A stretch of DNA of 64,000 nucleotides from Myxococcota bacterium (GTDB taxonomy: Bacteria; Myxococcota_A; UBA796; CAJQPC01). The stretch lies in NCBI GenBank assembly GCA_036012755.1, contig DASCPX010000129.1, positions 128,001 to 192,000 on the forward strand, read 5' to 3'. The notes beneath the pieces are model-generated. The model did no database searches and was not told the origin of the DNA. It saw only the letters and a list, made by a program, of their open reading frames with translations. Both the position numbers and the translations under genes were made by a program. Below are positions 36,964 through 45,676 of this stretch, piece by piece; the stretch's first letter is position 1; the number at the start of each line of letters is the position of its first letter.

Positions 36964-38160
36964 TCAGTCGAGGTATCCGGCAGCCCGGAGCAGCTCTTCG
37001 ACCTCGAACTCGATGTCGCCATCGTCCCGACCATCCTCGAGCAGTCGGGCCCCGTGCGCGGCGAGGTCCTTGTCCTGCACCGGCGTGCGCACACCGGCGA
37101 CCTCTGAGTAGGTGACTCCCTCTGACCAGACCCTCTTGTCGTCGCCCCACCGGGCGACCTCGGTCGAGCAGAAGGCCTCGCCGTGGGTGCGTGCGCAGCG
37201 GCGGAGGTGGGGCCAGGCCTCGCTGATCGGAGCGTGGCGTTTTCTGGACTCGAGCAAGAGCGCGTGGGCGTCCATCGCCGACAGCCAGCCCTCCGGCAGG
37301 GTCCCAGTCGAGGTGTACAGCGGCACCACCGCGTTCTCGTCCCAGACGTTCTGGCCGTGGTCGAGGAGCCCGTGCTCGCCGAGCAGCTCGCCGTGATCGG
37401 AGGTGATGACGACCCGGCAGTTTTCTCCACAGTGGGCGCTCAGGATGGCGCCGAGCGAGGCATCCGCTCGCCGGACCGCGTTGTCGTAGAGCAGGTCGAT
37501 GCGTGCCTTCAGCGGCAGCCACTGCGTCTCGGGCAGCTCGCCTCGCATGTAGCGCGCCCACTCCCTGTTCTCGTCCGTCTTGTTCCAGCGGAGCCCGACC
37601 GCGCCTGGGACGCTCGGCCAGGGCTGGTGAGCGTCCCCGATGTTCACGAACAAGAACGTCGATCGTTCAGGATCCAGCTGGCTGACCAGGGCGTCGACCC
37701 GCGCCGGCAGCTCGGGCCCGAAGTAGAGCCCCCAGGCGGGCGCCACGTCGACGGTGTCGAAGCCGCGCAGCAGGCCCATCTGCTCGCTGACGACCGGGTT
37801 TCCGGAGACCGCCACGGTCTGGTAGCCCTTGTCCGCGAAGTGCTCGGCAAGGGTCGGCAGCGCCTCGTTCAGCGGCCGGCTCCGCGCACCGGTGCCAGAG
37901 AGATCGTCGACGCCGCTGGTGATGCAGTGGGCGTGGTGGTCGACTGGCATCGTGCCTGTCATGAAGGAGGCGTGGGAGGGCAGGGTCCACGAGCCCGGGG
38001 CCACCGCCGTGCAGGAGAGGCTGCCCTCGAGCGCCTCGAGGTTCGGCGAGGTCTCGGTGTCGTACCCGCAGGCGCTGAGCCGATCGGCGCGGACGGTGTC
38101 CAGGACGATGAAGATCACCGTCTCGGGCGGAGACGAGCAGGCCAGGAGGAGCCAGAACAC
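36964..38160 (-). CDS. Sulfatase-like hydrolase/transferase lipoprotein (alkaline phosphatase superfamily)
   Basis: MFWLLLAC; LDTVRADRL, WTLPSHAS and TSDHGE...GEHG..DHG motifs; start re-called at GTG 38160. Confidence 0.85.
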   Translation of the reverse strand: MFWLLLACSSPPETVIFIVLDTVRADRLSACGYDTETSPNLEALEGSLSCTAVAPGSWTLPSHASFMTGTMPVDHHAHCITSGVDDLSGTGARSRPLNEALPTLAEHFADKGYQTVAVSGNPVVSEQMGLLRGFDTVDVAPAWGLYFGPELPARVDALVSQLDPERSTFLFVNIGDAHQPWPSVPGAVGLRWNKTDENREWARYMRGELPETQWLPLKARIDLLYDNAVRRADASLGAILSAHCGENCRVVITSDHGELLGEHGLLDHGQNVWDENAVVPLYTSTGTLPEGWLSAMDAHALLLESRKRHAPISEAWPHLRRCARTHGEAFCSTEVARWGDDKRVWSEGVTYSEVAGVRTPVQDKDLAAHGARLLEDGRDDGDIEFEVEELLRAAGYLD

Positions 38161-38226
38161 GCCCTCTTGTAAGGTGTGGCGGTCGAAAGTGTGAAGCTGA
38201 TCTAAAGGCGAGGTTCCACGGGCCGT

Positions 38227-39075
38227 ATGGGGTGTGTGCACCTCGAGGAACGACTCCGAAGAACGATCGGCCCCGCCCGCCTCGCCTGGGCTGACCTCCC
38301 TCCGCCCATCGAGCTGGTCCGTGTCCGCCGCACCCTCGGGCGCACCGACCTGGATGTCGCCACCGTCGGTCGCATCGTCGCCGGTGACCGTGTCCTGGCC
38401 CGCAGGCTCGTCCGGATCGCCAACTCCGGCTTCTTCGGGCTCCCGCGACGGGTGAGCGATCCGCGGCACGCGGTGGCCTTCCTCGGGCTCGACGCCGTCC
38501 GGCGGATCGCCTCCACCCTCGCGATCCTGAACGCCTTCCCAGGCAACACCTCCCATGGCGGACGGCGCCTGCGGCGGCACGCACAGACCACCACGCTGGT
38601 CACCCGCAGCTTCGCCGCCCGCTTCGAGCCGCTGCTCGACGCACGCGAGCTCTGGGCTCCCGCCATGCTCCACGAGCTCGGCAGCCTGGTCCTGTTGGCG
38701 AGCGCCCCGGACCGCTGGCAGCAGCTCAACCTCCATGCGGAGCGGCATGGCTGCACCCTGGACGAGTCAGAGCGCCTGCTGCGCCTTCCTCGGCGCCGAG
38801 ACCTGGCCGCCCTGGTCGCCGGTCGCTGGGGGCTCGACCTCGATGGTCTGTGGCACGACACCACCGGGCCCACCGAGCGGGCGACTCGCCGCATCGTCGA
38901 GTCCGCGAGCGAGGTGACGATGCTCGCCTTCCGGACACTGCGCCAGAGCTCGCGGGAGTACCTGCAGGTGAGGGTCTGCACCCGCCTCGGGATCCCCCTG
39001 GAGGCCTTCGTTGCGTTGATGGCGGGTGTCTACAGGCTCGGAGCCGAGGTGGAGGAGCACGCATTCGCCGGATAG
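38227..39075 (+). CDS. Stand-alone HDOD domain protein
   Basis: D..LARRLVRIANSGFFG...V....HAV.FLG and MLHELGSLVL motifs. Confidence 0.8.
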   Translation: MGCVHLEERLRRTIGPARLAWADLPPPIELVRVRRTLGRTDLDVATVGRIVAGDRVLARRLVRIANSGFFGLPRRVSDPRHAVAFLGLDAVRRIASTLAILNAFPGNTSHGGRRLRRHAQTTTLVTRSFAARFEPLLDARELWAPAMLHELGSLVLLASAPDRWQQLNLHAERHGCTLDESERLLRLPRRRDLAALVAGRWGLDLDGLWHDTTGPTERATRRIVESASEVTMLAFRTLRQSSREYLQVRVCTRLGIPLEAFVALMAGVYRLGAEVEEHAFAG

Positions 39076-39084
39076 AGGGCGTGG

Positions 39085-41316
39085 ATGCTGCTCTTGTTCC
39101 TGGCATGCAAGCCCGCCAGCACCGGCGCCTGGTCGCTCCTCTACGGCGACGACGGGTCCTTCGATCTCCTCCACGAGCGCCACGGGCCGGTGTTGGAGGA
39201 CGTCCACCTTGCCAGCGGGCTCGGAGAGGTGGACGTCCTCTTCGCCGTCGGCAGCTATCGCTTCACCGAGCAGACGGAGGATCTCGTAGCAGCCGGGCGC
39301 ATCCGCAAGGTCCGCGAGATCGCAGGCGGTCTGCACCTGGAGCTCCAAGACGCGGACAAGGAGCCGCTCGGAACGCTCGTCGTCACGGCGGCTGGGGACA
39401 CGGCGGTCCTGTTCACCTGGGTCGCCGACGTCGACGCCAACCGGGCCGAGCTCAGCTTCGCCTGTGGCGACGAGCCGCTCATGGGCCTGGGCTCGCACGC
39501 CTTCGACGTAGAACACTCGGGCGAGGACTTCGCGCTGTGGACCTCTGAGCCGGGCATCGGCAAGTCCGACAGCGACGAGTACCCGGCTGACTGGTACCTG
39601 ACCGGGACACGGCACGCGACCTCGTTCCCCATGCCCTGGGTGCTGCGACCCGATCACAACAGCGGTGTCCTCGCCGACACCACGGCGAGGGTCGAGGCCA
39701 GGCTCTGTACCGACGGGCGGATCGCCCTCAGGAGCTGGGAGGCGGACAGTCGGTGGGTCGTGTTCGCCTCGGACGACACACTCGACACGATTCGAGCACT
39801 GGGCCTGGCCAGTGGCCCATACGAGCTGCCGGAGCCCTGGGTCTTTGCCCCGTGGAACGACGCCATCCGGGGCGAGGAGCGGGTTCGCGAGGTCCTTTCG
39901 TCCATCCGGCAGAGCGGCGCCGCCTCCACCGTCATCTGGACAGAGGACTGGAAGGGCGCGGAGGAAGGCCCCACCGGCTACCACCTGAAGGGCGAGTGGT
40001 TCCTCGACCGGGAGTTCTATCCCAACGCCGAGGACGTCGCGCAGGAGCTCAGGGACTCGGGGATCTACTGGTTTGCGTACTTCTCTCCGTTCCTCTACGA
40101 AGACACACAGACCTACGAGGACGCGGCGGGGCTGACCATCGAGACAGAGGACGGCGAGCCATACCTGTTCACCGGTCCGACCTTTGGCGAGATGACGATG
40201 ATCGACCTCACCTTGCCAGAGGCTCGGGAGTTCGCCCTCGAGCACATGGAGGACGCCATCGAGGTCGGCTTCAGGGGGTGGATGGCGGACTACGCCGAGT
40301 GGCTCCCGACGGACGCCGTGCTCGCGGGTGGCGACGCCTGGATCGAACACAATCGCTGGCCGCTGGCGTGGCAGGCGCTGAACCGCGAGGCCTTCGACGG
40401 TGTCGACGGGTCCTTCTTCGTGCGCTCCGGCTGGACCGGAACCACCGGGCTCGCGCCGGTGGTCTGGCTGGGTGATCAGCGCACCAGCTTCGACACTGAC
40501 GACGGCTTCCCCACGATCGTGCCCCTGGCGCTCGGACTCAGCGCCGGAGGCGTGCCGGTCGTGACCCATGACGTCGCCGGATACCAGTCGATCGGCAATG
40601 AACCGACCACGGAGGAGCTCTGGTACCGATGGACCGCCCTGGGGGCCTTCTCTCCGATCATGCGGACCCACCACGGCGCCTTCGAGGACGAGAACTTCCA
40701 GTTCGACCACGACGAGGACAGCCTCGCATTCTGGGCCGAGATGACGCACGAGCACATGCGCATCTGGCCCTACCGCTACGGGCTCGCGGCCAAGGCAGCG
40801 ACGGACGGCACGCCGATGTTGCTCCACCCCGCCTGGGTGTACGAGGGCGAGGACCACGCCCGGATCGACGCCTGGCTCATGGGTGAGGGGATGCTCGTTC
40901 GACCGGTCGTGGAGGAGGGCGCCGCGAGCGTCCAGGTCGACCTCCCAGCCGGCCGCTGGTGGGACTGGTGGACCATGGAAGAGGCCAACAGTGGCCCCTA
41001 CGAGGTGCCACTCGATACGATCCCGGTCTTCGTCGCCGAGGGCAGCATCGTCCCCACCTTCGACGTCATCCCGGAGACCCTGCTCGACGGAACGGATCTC
41101 GTCGACTTCGACGACGCCGACGTATCACGTACGATCTACGTGTTCGGTGACGGGGGCCACTTCGTCGAGGCCGACGGCACGATCTACGCCGCGGATGGTG
41201 CAGCGACCGGCACGGCCACAGAGACCCTGAAGAGCGGCACGATCAGCGTGGGTGGCCTGGAGTTGATGGTCTCGGGCTCGGTCGAGCGCGTCTACACGGT
41301 GGTCGCGGTCGACTGA
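39085..41316 (+). CDS. Glycoside hydrolase family 31 lipoprotein (YihQ-related)
   Basis: GWMADYAEWLP nucleophile, WLGDQ acid/base and MRTHHG motifs; MLLLFLAC lipobox. Confidence 0.9.
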   Translation: MLLLFLACKPASTGAWSLLYGDDGSFDLLHERHGPVLEDVHLASGLGEVDVLFAVGSYRFTEQTEDLVAAGRIRKVREIAGGLHLELQDADKEPLGTLVVTAAGDTAVLFTWVADVDANRAELSFACGDEPLMGLGSHAFDVEHSGEDFALWTSEPGIGKSDSDEYPADWYLTGTRHATSFPMPWVLRPDHNSGVLADTTARVEARLCTDGRIALRSWEADSRWVVFASDDTLDTIRALGLASGPYELPEPWVFAPWNDAIRGEERVREVLSSIRQSGAASTVIWTEDWKGAEEGPTGYHLKGEWFLDREFYPNAEDVAQELRDSGIYWFAYFSPFLYEDTQTYEDAAGLTIETEDGEPYLFTGPTFGEMTMIDLTLPEAREFALEHMEDAIEVGFRGWMADYAEWLPTDAVLAGGDAWIEHNRWPLAWQALNREAFDGVDGSFFVRSGWTGTTGLAPVVWLGDQRTSFDTDDGFPTIVPLALGLSAGGVPVVTHDVAGYQSIGNEPTTEELWYRWTALGAFSPIMRTHHGAFEDENFQFDHDEDSLAFWAEMTHEHMRIWPYRYGLAAKAATDGTPMLLHPAWVYEGEDHARIDAWLMGEGMLVRPVVEEGAASVQVDLPAGRWWDWWTMEEANSGPYEVPLDTIPVFVAEGSIVPTFDVIPETLLDGTDLVDFDDADVSRTIYVFGDGGHFVEADGTIYAADGAATGTATETLKSGTISVGGLELMVSGSVERVYTVVAVD

Positions 41317-41317
41317 A

Positions 41318-42439
41318 TCAGATCTCGTAGACCCGCAGGATGTAGTTCCCGTCGATCATGATCTCGAACTCGCGGTCGGCGTCGAGGTCGATCGGGAAGG
41401 CCTCCTCCAGGGGCGCGACGACGTCCTCGTCGATGAGGGCGCCGACGTCTTCGAGCCAGATGACTCCGCCCTCGTCGCAGTACCGGAGAGCGTAGACGTC
41501 CTGGTAGTCGCCGTTCTGTACTCCCACGATCGGGTCGCTCACGTAGTCCCCGTCCAGGTCTGACCAGCCCATCGGGATCGTGTCGTTTCCGCTCTTCGAC
41601 ACGAGCGAGAACACGGCGTCGTTCAGGTCGGGCCCGGTCCACTCGGGGGCGCCGCGAACCACGCCGGTCTTGCCGCCGTAGCCGATCATGATGTCGCTGT
41701 AGCCGTCTCCGTCCATGTCGCCTGCGTGGAGCGCCCGTTCGTAGGCCGTGCCCTCTCCGAGCACCATGACGTCCTCTCCGGCGACGTTGCCCTCGAGCTT
41801 CGTGCCACCGTAGAGGATGCCCAGCCCCGTGCCGTCCCAGAGGTGTGACTGGTCCAGCACGCCGTCTCCGTTCCAGTCCCCCTCGCCGATGCCCCAGTAG
41901 ATGTAGGTCCCCGGCACGGTCAGGTGGGCCTCTGTGCCGTCGCCGTAGGTGACGTTCCAGGCCGTCCAGTCGTCGCCGTCACGATCGAAGACGTCGTCGA
42001 CGCCGTCACCGTCGTAGTCGTCCTCTGAGGCGGCGTAGAAGGTGTGGTCGACGTCCATCAGGTCGGGCTCTTCGCCGGGCACGAGCTCGTACATGCCGTC
42101 GTAGCACCCGGCGATCGCCTGTGGCTCGGCGCCGGTGTAGTGGTTCGTGATGAAAACCACGCAGTAGTAGGAGGTGTCCCAGGTGCCGATCTCCTCGTAG
42201 CCGTCGCTGAGCAGGGTGACGACACCCCCCGTGACGTGGGGGCCCGTCCACACCGGGTAGTGCATCAAGAGCTCCGCCGAGCCGTAGCCGAGGCGCCCGT
42301 AGTCCTCTCGCCCTCCGTCGAGCACGACGGGGTCGCCCATGGAGGGCTCGAGCGGCTCCTGGTCTGCGCAGGGCGGGTCCGCCGCGCCGGAGTAGCGGGG
42401 TTCCTCGGTTTCGCAGGCGAGCAGGATCAGGGCGGTCAT
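41318..42439 (-). CDS. FG-GAP/integrin-alpha repeat lipoprotein
   Basis: MTALILLAC; DYDGDGVDD, GDWNGDGVLD, GDMDGDGYSDIMIG and DLDGD repeats. Confidence 0.8.
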   Translation of the reverse strand: MTALILLACETEEPRYSGAADPPCADQEPLEPSMGDPVVLDGGREDYGRLGYGSAELLMHYPVWTGPHVTGGVVTLLSDGYEEIGTWDTSYYCVVFITNHYTGAEPQAIAGCYDGMYELVPGEEPDLMDVDHTFYAASEDDYDGDGVDDVFDRDGDDWTAWNVTYGDGTEAHLTVPGTYIYWGIGEGDWNGDGVLDQSHLWDGTGLGILYGGTKLEGNVAGEDVMVLGEGTAYERALHAGDMDGDGYSDIMIGYGGKTGVVRGAPEWTGPDLNDAVFSLVSKSGNDTIPMGWSDLDGDYVSDPIVGVQNGDYQDVYALRYCDEGGVIWLEDVGALIDEDVVAPLEEAFPIDLDADREFEIMIDGNYILRVYEI

Positions 42440-42558
42440 GCTCGGATCCTACGGGGAGCCCAGGCCATTGTTGCTTCGGGGCGGGCTTCTCTGCCCACTG
42501 CAGGCGTGGCGGAATCGGGCGGAAGGTCGCGGAGTTGGTAACATCCGTCCTCGCTCCG

Positions 42559-44328
42559 ATGGGATCTGGTGTGCTGTCCTCGCTGCTGCTGAACGTCGCC
42601 CTGGCTGCCGAGCCTCCCAGCGTCGACTCCCCCGAGCGCAGCGGCGTGCGCAGCTGGCGTGACGCCATGGTCGTCATCGGCGTCGAGGACTACGAGCACC
42701 TGCCGGACATCCCCCACGCCGCCAACGACGCCGCGGCCATGGATGCCTGGTTCCGGCTCGTCCGCGGGCCGTCGACCCGGCGCATCTTCACGGTCCAGAA
42801 CCCGAGCACCCAGGAAATGGACACGGCGCTGAAGCGCGGCGTCGCCCGGGTGCGCAGCCGAGGCACGCTCTGGATCTACTTCTCGGGGGCTGGCTGGATC
42901 GGTGACGATGGGGTGCCACGCCTGTTGCCGGCGGACGCAGCGCCCAACGGGCTGGAGGACGCGTTCTCGCTCGCGGAGGTCGAGCAGATGGCCGCCCGGT
43001 CGCGGGCCGAGCGCGTGGTCATCCTGATCGACGCGCCCTTCGACGAGTCCCTCCGGGCCGAGATGGAGCCTGGCAAGGAGCTCGACAGCGTCGCCTGGAG
43101 CACCGAAGTGAGCGACAAGGTCGTCGTCTGGGTCGCCGACACCGGGGGCTCGGGGGATGTCTATGGGCCCTCCTCCCACGGCCTCTTCACGTGGCTCTTC
43201 CTCGCCGGAGTGCAGGGGTGGGCCGATCTCGACGGTGATGGGGTCGTGAAGCTCTGGGAGGCCCAGGAGTTCGTCCACTCGGGCAGCGCCCTGCTCGGTC
43301 GCTCCCAGACCTCGAGCGTGGATCTGCGGGAGGAACCCCGGAACTGGGCGCTGTCGATCGGCGCCCTGCGAGAGGACCAGCTCCTGCCAGCCGACTGGAC
43401 GACGCTATCGGTGGAAGATCGCGACCGCCGCATGCAGCTCGCCGTGAGCGAAGCGGAGGAGTCAGCGGTCGAGGACATGCTCGCTCGCATGGCCAGCATC
43501 AAGCAGGGCGAGGCCGGCCCGGAGCTGCTCGAAGACTTCGTCTCCGACTGGGAGCACCGCGAGATCGTGGTGCGCTGGGTCCCTCCGATAGAGGCGGTAG
43601 ACGAGGCCAAGATGCTCCTGGAGAACCCAGAGGCCCTGATGCCCGAGACCGTCGTGACCACCGAGGAGGGGGACACCGGGGACACGGCAGTGACTGCGCC
43701 GGTCGCGCCGATCGGGCCCACGCTCTCCGACGACACCTGCGACGACCTCATCACGATGGAGCCCGACGCGCTGATGGGCATCTTCGGCCCTGGGCGGATC
43801 GAGTGTGTCGAGGCGCGCATCTCGGAGGCGCCGCAGACAGAGAAGGACAAGCTGTCGCGCCTGTTGTTGGCCGACGCCGACTCCAAGGGCGACATGGCGG
43901 AGTGGGAGCGACTGATGGCCCGCCACCTCAACGAGATCGACCGCTCCGACCCCGACATGTGCTTCCTCTACGCGCGTCACACGCACAACAAGGGTGTCGC
44001 CTGGGGCGAAGAGGCCATCCAGTTCGCCGACTACGCGCTGGAGAACAAGCAGAAGTGGGCGGGCGAGACCTACACCTCTCGCCTCTATGGTCTGTATCGA
44101 TTGCGCGCCGAGGCTGCGAACGAGCTGTGGAAGGACGCCGAACAGAACCTCATCGCAGACCCCACTGACGAGAACGACGCAATCACGCAGAAGTGGCGCG
44201 GCAAGTCGAAGAACTACGCTCGTGAGTGGTACGACTACGCCAAGGCAAGCGACCAGAACCCTGACCGGGCGCTCATGATCTGTGTCTCTGCAGCTGGGAC
44301 CAAGGCCGCCTGTGTAGCGCGCGACTGA
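42559..44328 (+). CDS. Secreted caspase-like (C14) domain protein lacking the catalytic dyad, plus helical C-terminal domain
   Basis: AMVVIGVEDY, ANDAAAM, YFSGAG, LIDAPF and HGLFT...GVQGWADLDGDG motifs; signal-like LLLNVALA. Confidence 0.8.
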   Translation: MGSGVLSSLLLNVALAAEPPSVDSPERSGVRSWRDAMVVIGVEDYEHLPDIPHAANDAAAMDAWFRLVRGPSTRRIFTVQNPSTQEMDTALKRGVARVRSRGTLWIYFSGAGWIGDDGVPRLLPADAAPNGLEDAFSLAEVEQMAARSRAERVVILIDAPFDESLRAEMEPGKELDSVAWSTEVSDKVVVWVADTGGSGDVYGPSSHGLFTWLFLAGVQGWADLDGDGVVKLWEAQEFVHSGSALLGRSQTSSVDLREEPRNWALSIGALREDQLLPADWTTLSVEDRDRRMQLAVSEAEESAVEDMLARMASIKQGEAGPELLEDFVSDWEHREIVVRWVPPIEAVDEAKMLLENPEALMPETVVTTEEGDTGDTAVTAPVAPIGPTLSDDTCDDLITMEPDALMGIFGPGRIECVEARISEAPQTEKDKLSRLLLADADSKGDMAEWERLMARHLNEIDRSDPDMCFLYARHTHNKGVAWGEEAIQFADYALENKQKWAGETYTSRLYGLYRLRAEAANELWKDAEQNLIADPTDENDAITQKWRGKSKNYAREWYDYAKASDQNPDRALMICVSAAGTKAACVARD

Positions 44329-44329
44329 C

Positions 44330-45625
44330 TCAGTACATGTAGCCCAGCGCCTTGAGTCTGTTCGCGTCGAGCATTCGACGTTCGTCCTCTTCCTCTGGCG
44401 CCGGCTCGACCAGCTGGTCCCGGTAGAACTGGACCGCCTCCAGCTCGTCGTCGAGGTCCCCCTCGATCATCACCTCCGAGAACTCGATCAGCGTCTCCTC
44501 CAGGACCTGGGCGGCCTCCTCGGCCTGACCTTGGGCCTGCAGGTCCACCGCCCGCTCCAGGGCCTTGCCCGCGGAGGCCTGGGCTGCCTTCGAGCGGCGG
44601 CGCGCGCTGGCGGCAGATGCTGGGGCCGGTTGCACATCCTCGGTGGCGATGCGCGTCGTGATCTTGCCCTCCTTGCCGTCCTTTTCGCCCGTCGCCGGGT
44701 CCCGCCAGCGGATGTCGACCGCCGCGACGTCGATCTCGCCGCGGAGGTGGCCAGGGACGCGCACCTTCGCGACCACCTTGCGGGGCTCTCCAGCCTGCAT
44801 GTCGCCCAGCAGGATCCGCCACCCGCCGTCGATTGCGTAGCCGTCGTACTCCTCGTAGCCAAGGACCTCGACGAGCTCGACGCCGTCGCCGAGCTGCAGC
44901 TCGACCGTCGTAGAGAGCGCCGCGACCTGCTGCATGCGCTCCAGCTCCTCGTCGAACAGCGCCACGACCTCTTCCGGGTCGTTGCCGTAGCGGTAGATGC
45001 CGCCGCCGGCGTCGGCGATGGCGATGAGCGTGGGCGCATCGAACTCGAGGCCGAGCCCCACTGTGCTGACCGTGACCCCCGCCTGCTGGGCGTCGGTGGC
45101 CAGGCCAGCGAGGGTGCGGCGATCGGTGGGACCTGCGGTGGCCTCGCCGTCGGACAAGAGCAGCACGCGCCGTCGCGGGTTGTCCAGGAAGCGCTGGAGC
45201 TGGTCCAGCCCCTGCTGCAGACCCCCGTAGATGTTCGTACCGCCCTGGGGTGTGAGCAGACCGATCGCATAGACGACCTCTGCGGGGTTGAGGATGCGGC
45301 CCTGGCGGCGCACGACCTTGGGCTCGCTGCCGAAGCCGATCAGCGACAGGGTGTCCCCGGGACGCAGGCGATCCACCAGCTTCGAGGCGGCCGCGCGCGC
45401 GTACTCCAGCTTGCCGCGGTCCTTCATCGAGCCAGAGGTGTCCAGCACCAGGGACTGGTGGGTGGGTCGTTCGGCCGCATCGGGATCGATCTCGGGCGCC
45501 TGGACCTCGACCACGAGCCACTGCGTGAAAGCACTCTCGTTGGTGGGGACGAGGACATCGACGTCGAGACCGGCGTCGAACGACATGGTGTCCTGCGCGA
45601 GGCAGAGGGAGACGAGCGCGAGCAT
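44330..45625 (-). CDS. Secreted vWA domain protein (YfbK-like)
   Basis: LVLDTSGSM MIDAS, GGTN, LLSDG and IADAGGG.Y motifs; signal MLALVSLCLA. Confidence 0.9.
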   Translation of the reverse strand: MLALVSLCLAQDTMSFDAGLDVDVLVPTNESAFTQWLVVEVQAPEIDPDAAERPTHQSLVLDTSGSMKDRGKLEYARAAASKLVDRLRPGDTLSLIGFGSEPKVVRRQGRILNPAEVVYAIGLLTPQGGTNIYGGLQQGLDQLQRFLDNPRRRVLLLSDGEATAGPTDRRTLAGLATDAQQAGVTVSTVGLGLEFDAPTLIAIADAGGGIYRYGNDPEEVVALFDEELERMQQVAALSTTVELQLGDGVELVEVLGYEEYDGYAIDGGWRILLGDMQAGEPRKVVAKVRVPGHLRGEIDVAAVDIRWRDPATGEKDGKEGKITTRIATEDVQPAPASAASARRRSKAAQASAGKALERAVDLQAQGQAEEAAQVLEETLIEFSEVMIEGDLDDELEAVQFYRDQLVEPAPEEEDERRMLDANRLKALGYMY

Positions 45626-45676
45626 GACGGGACCTTAGACGCGTGCGCTGCAGAGACGGTGCCGAGATACCGTCGC

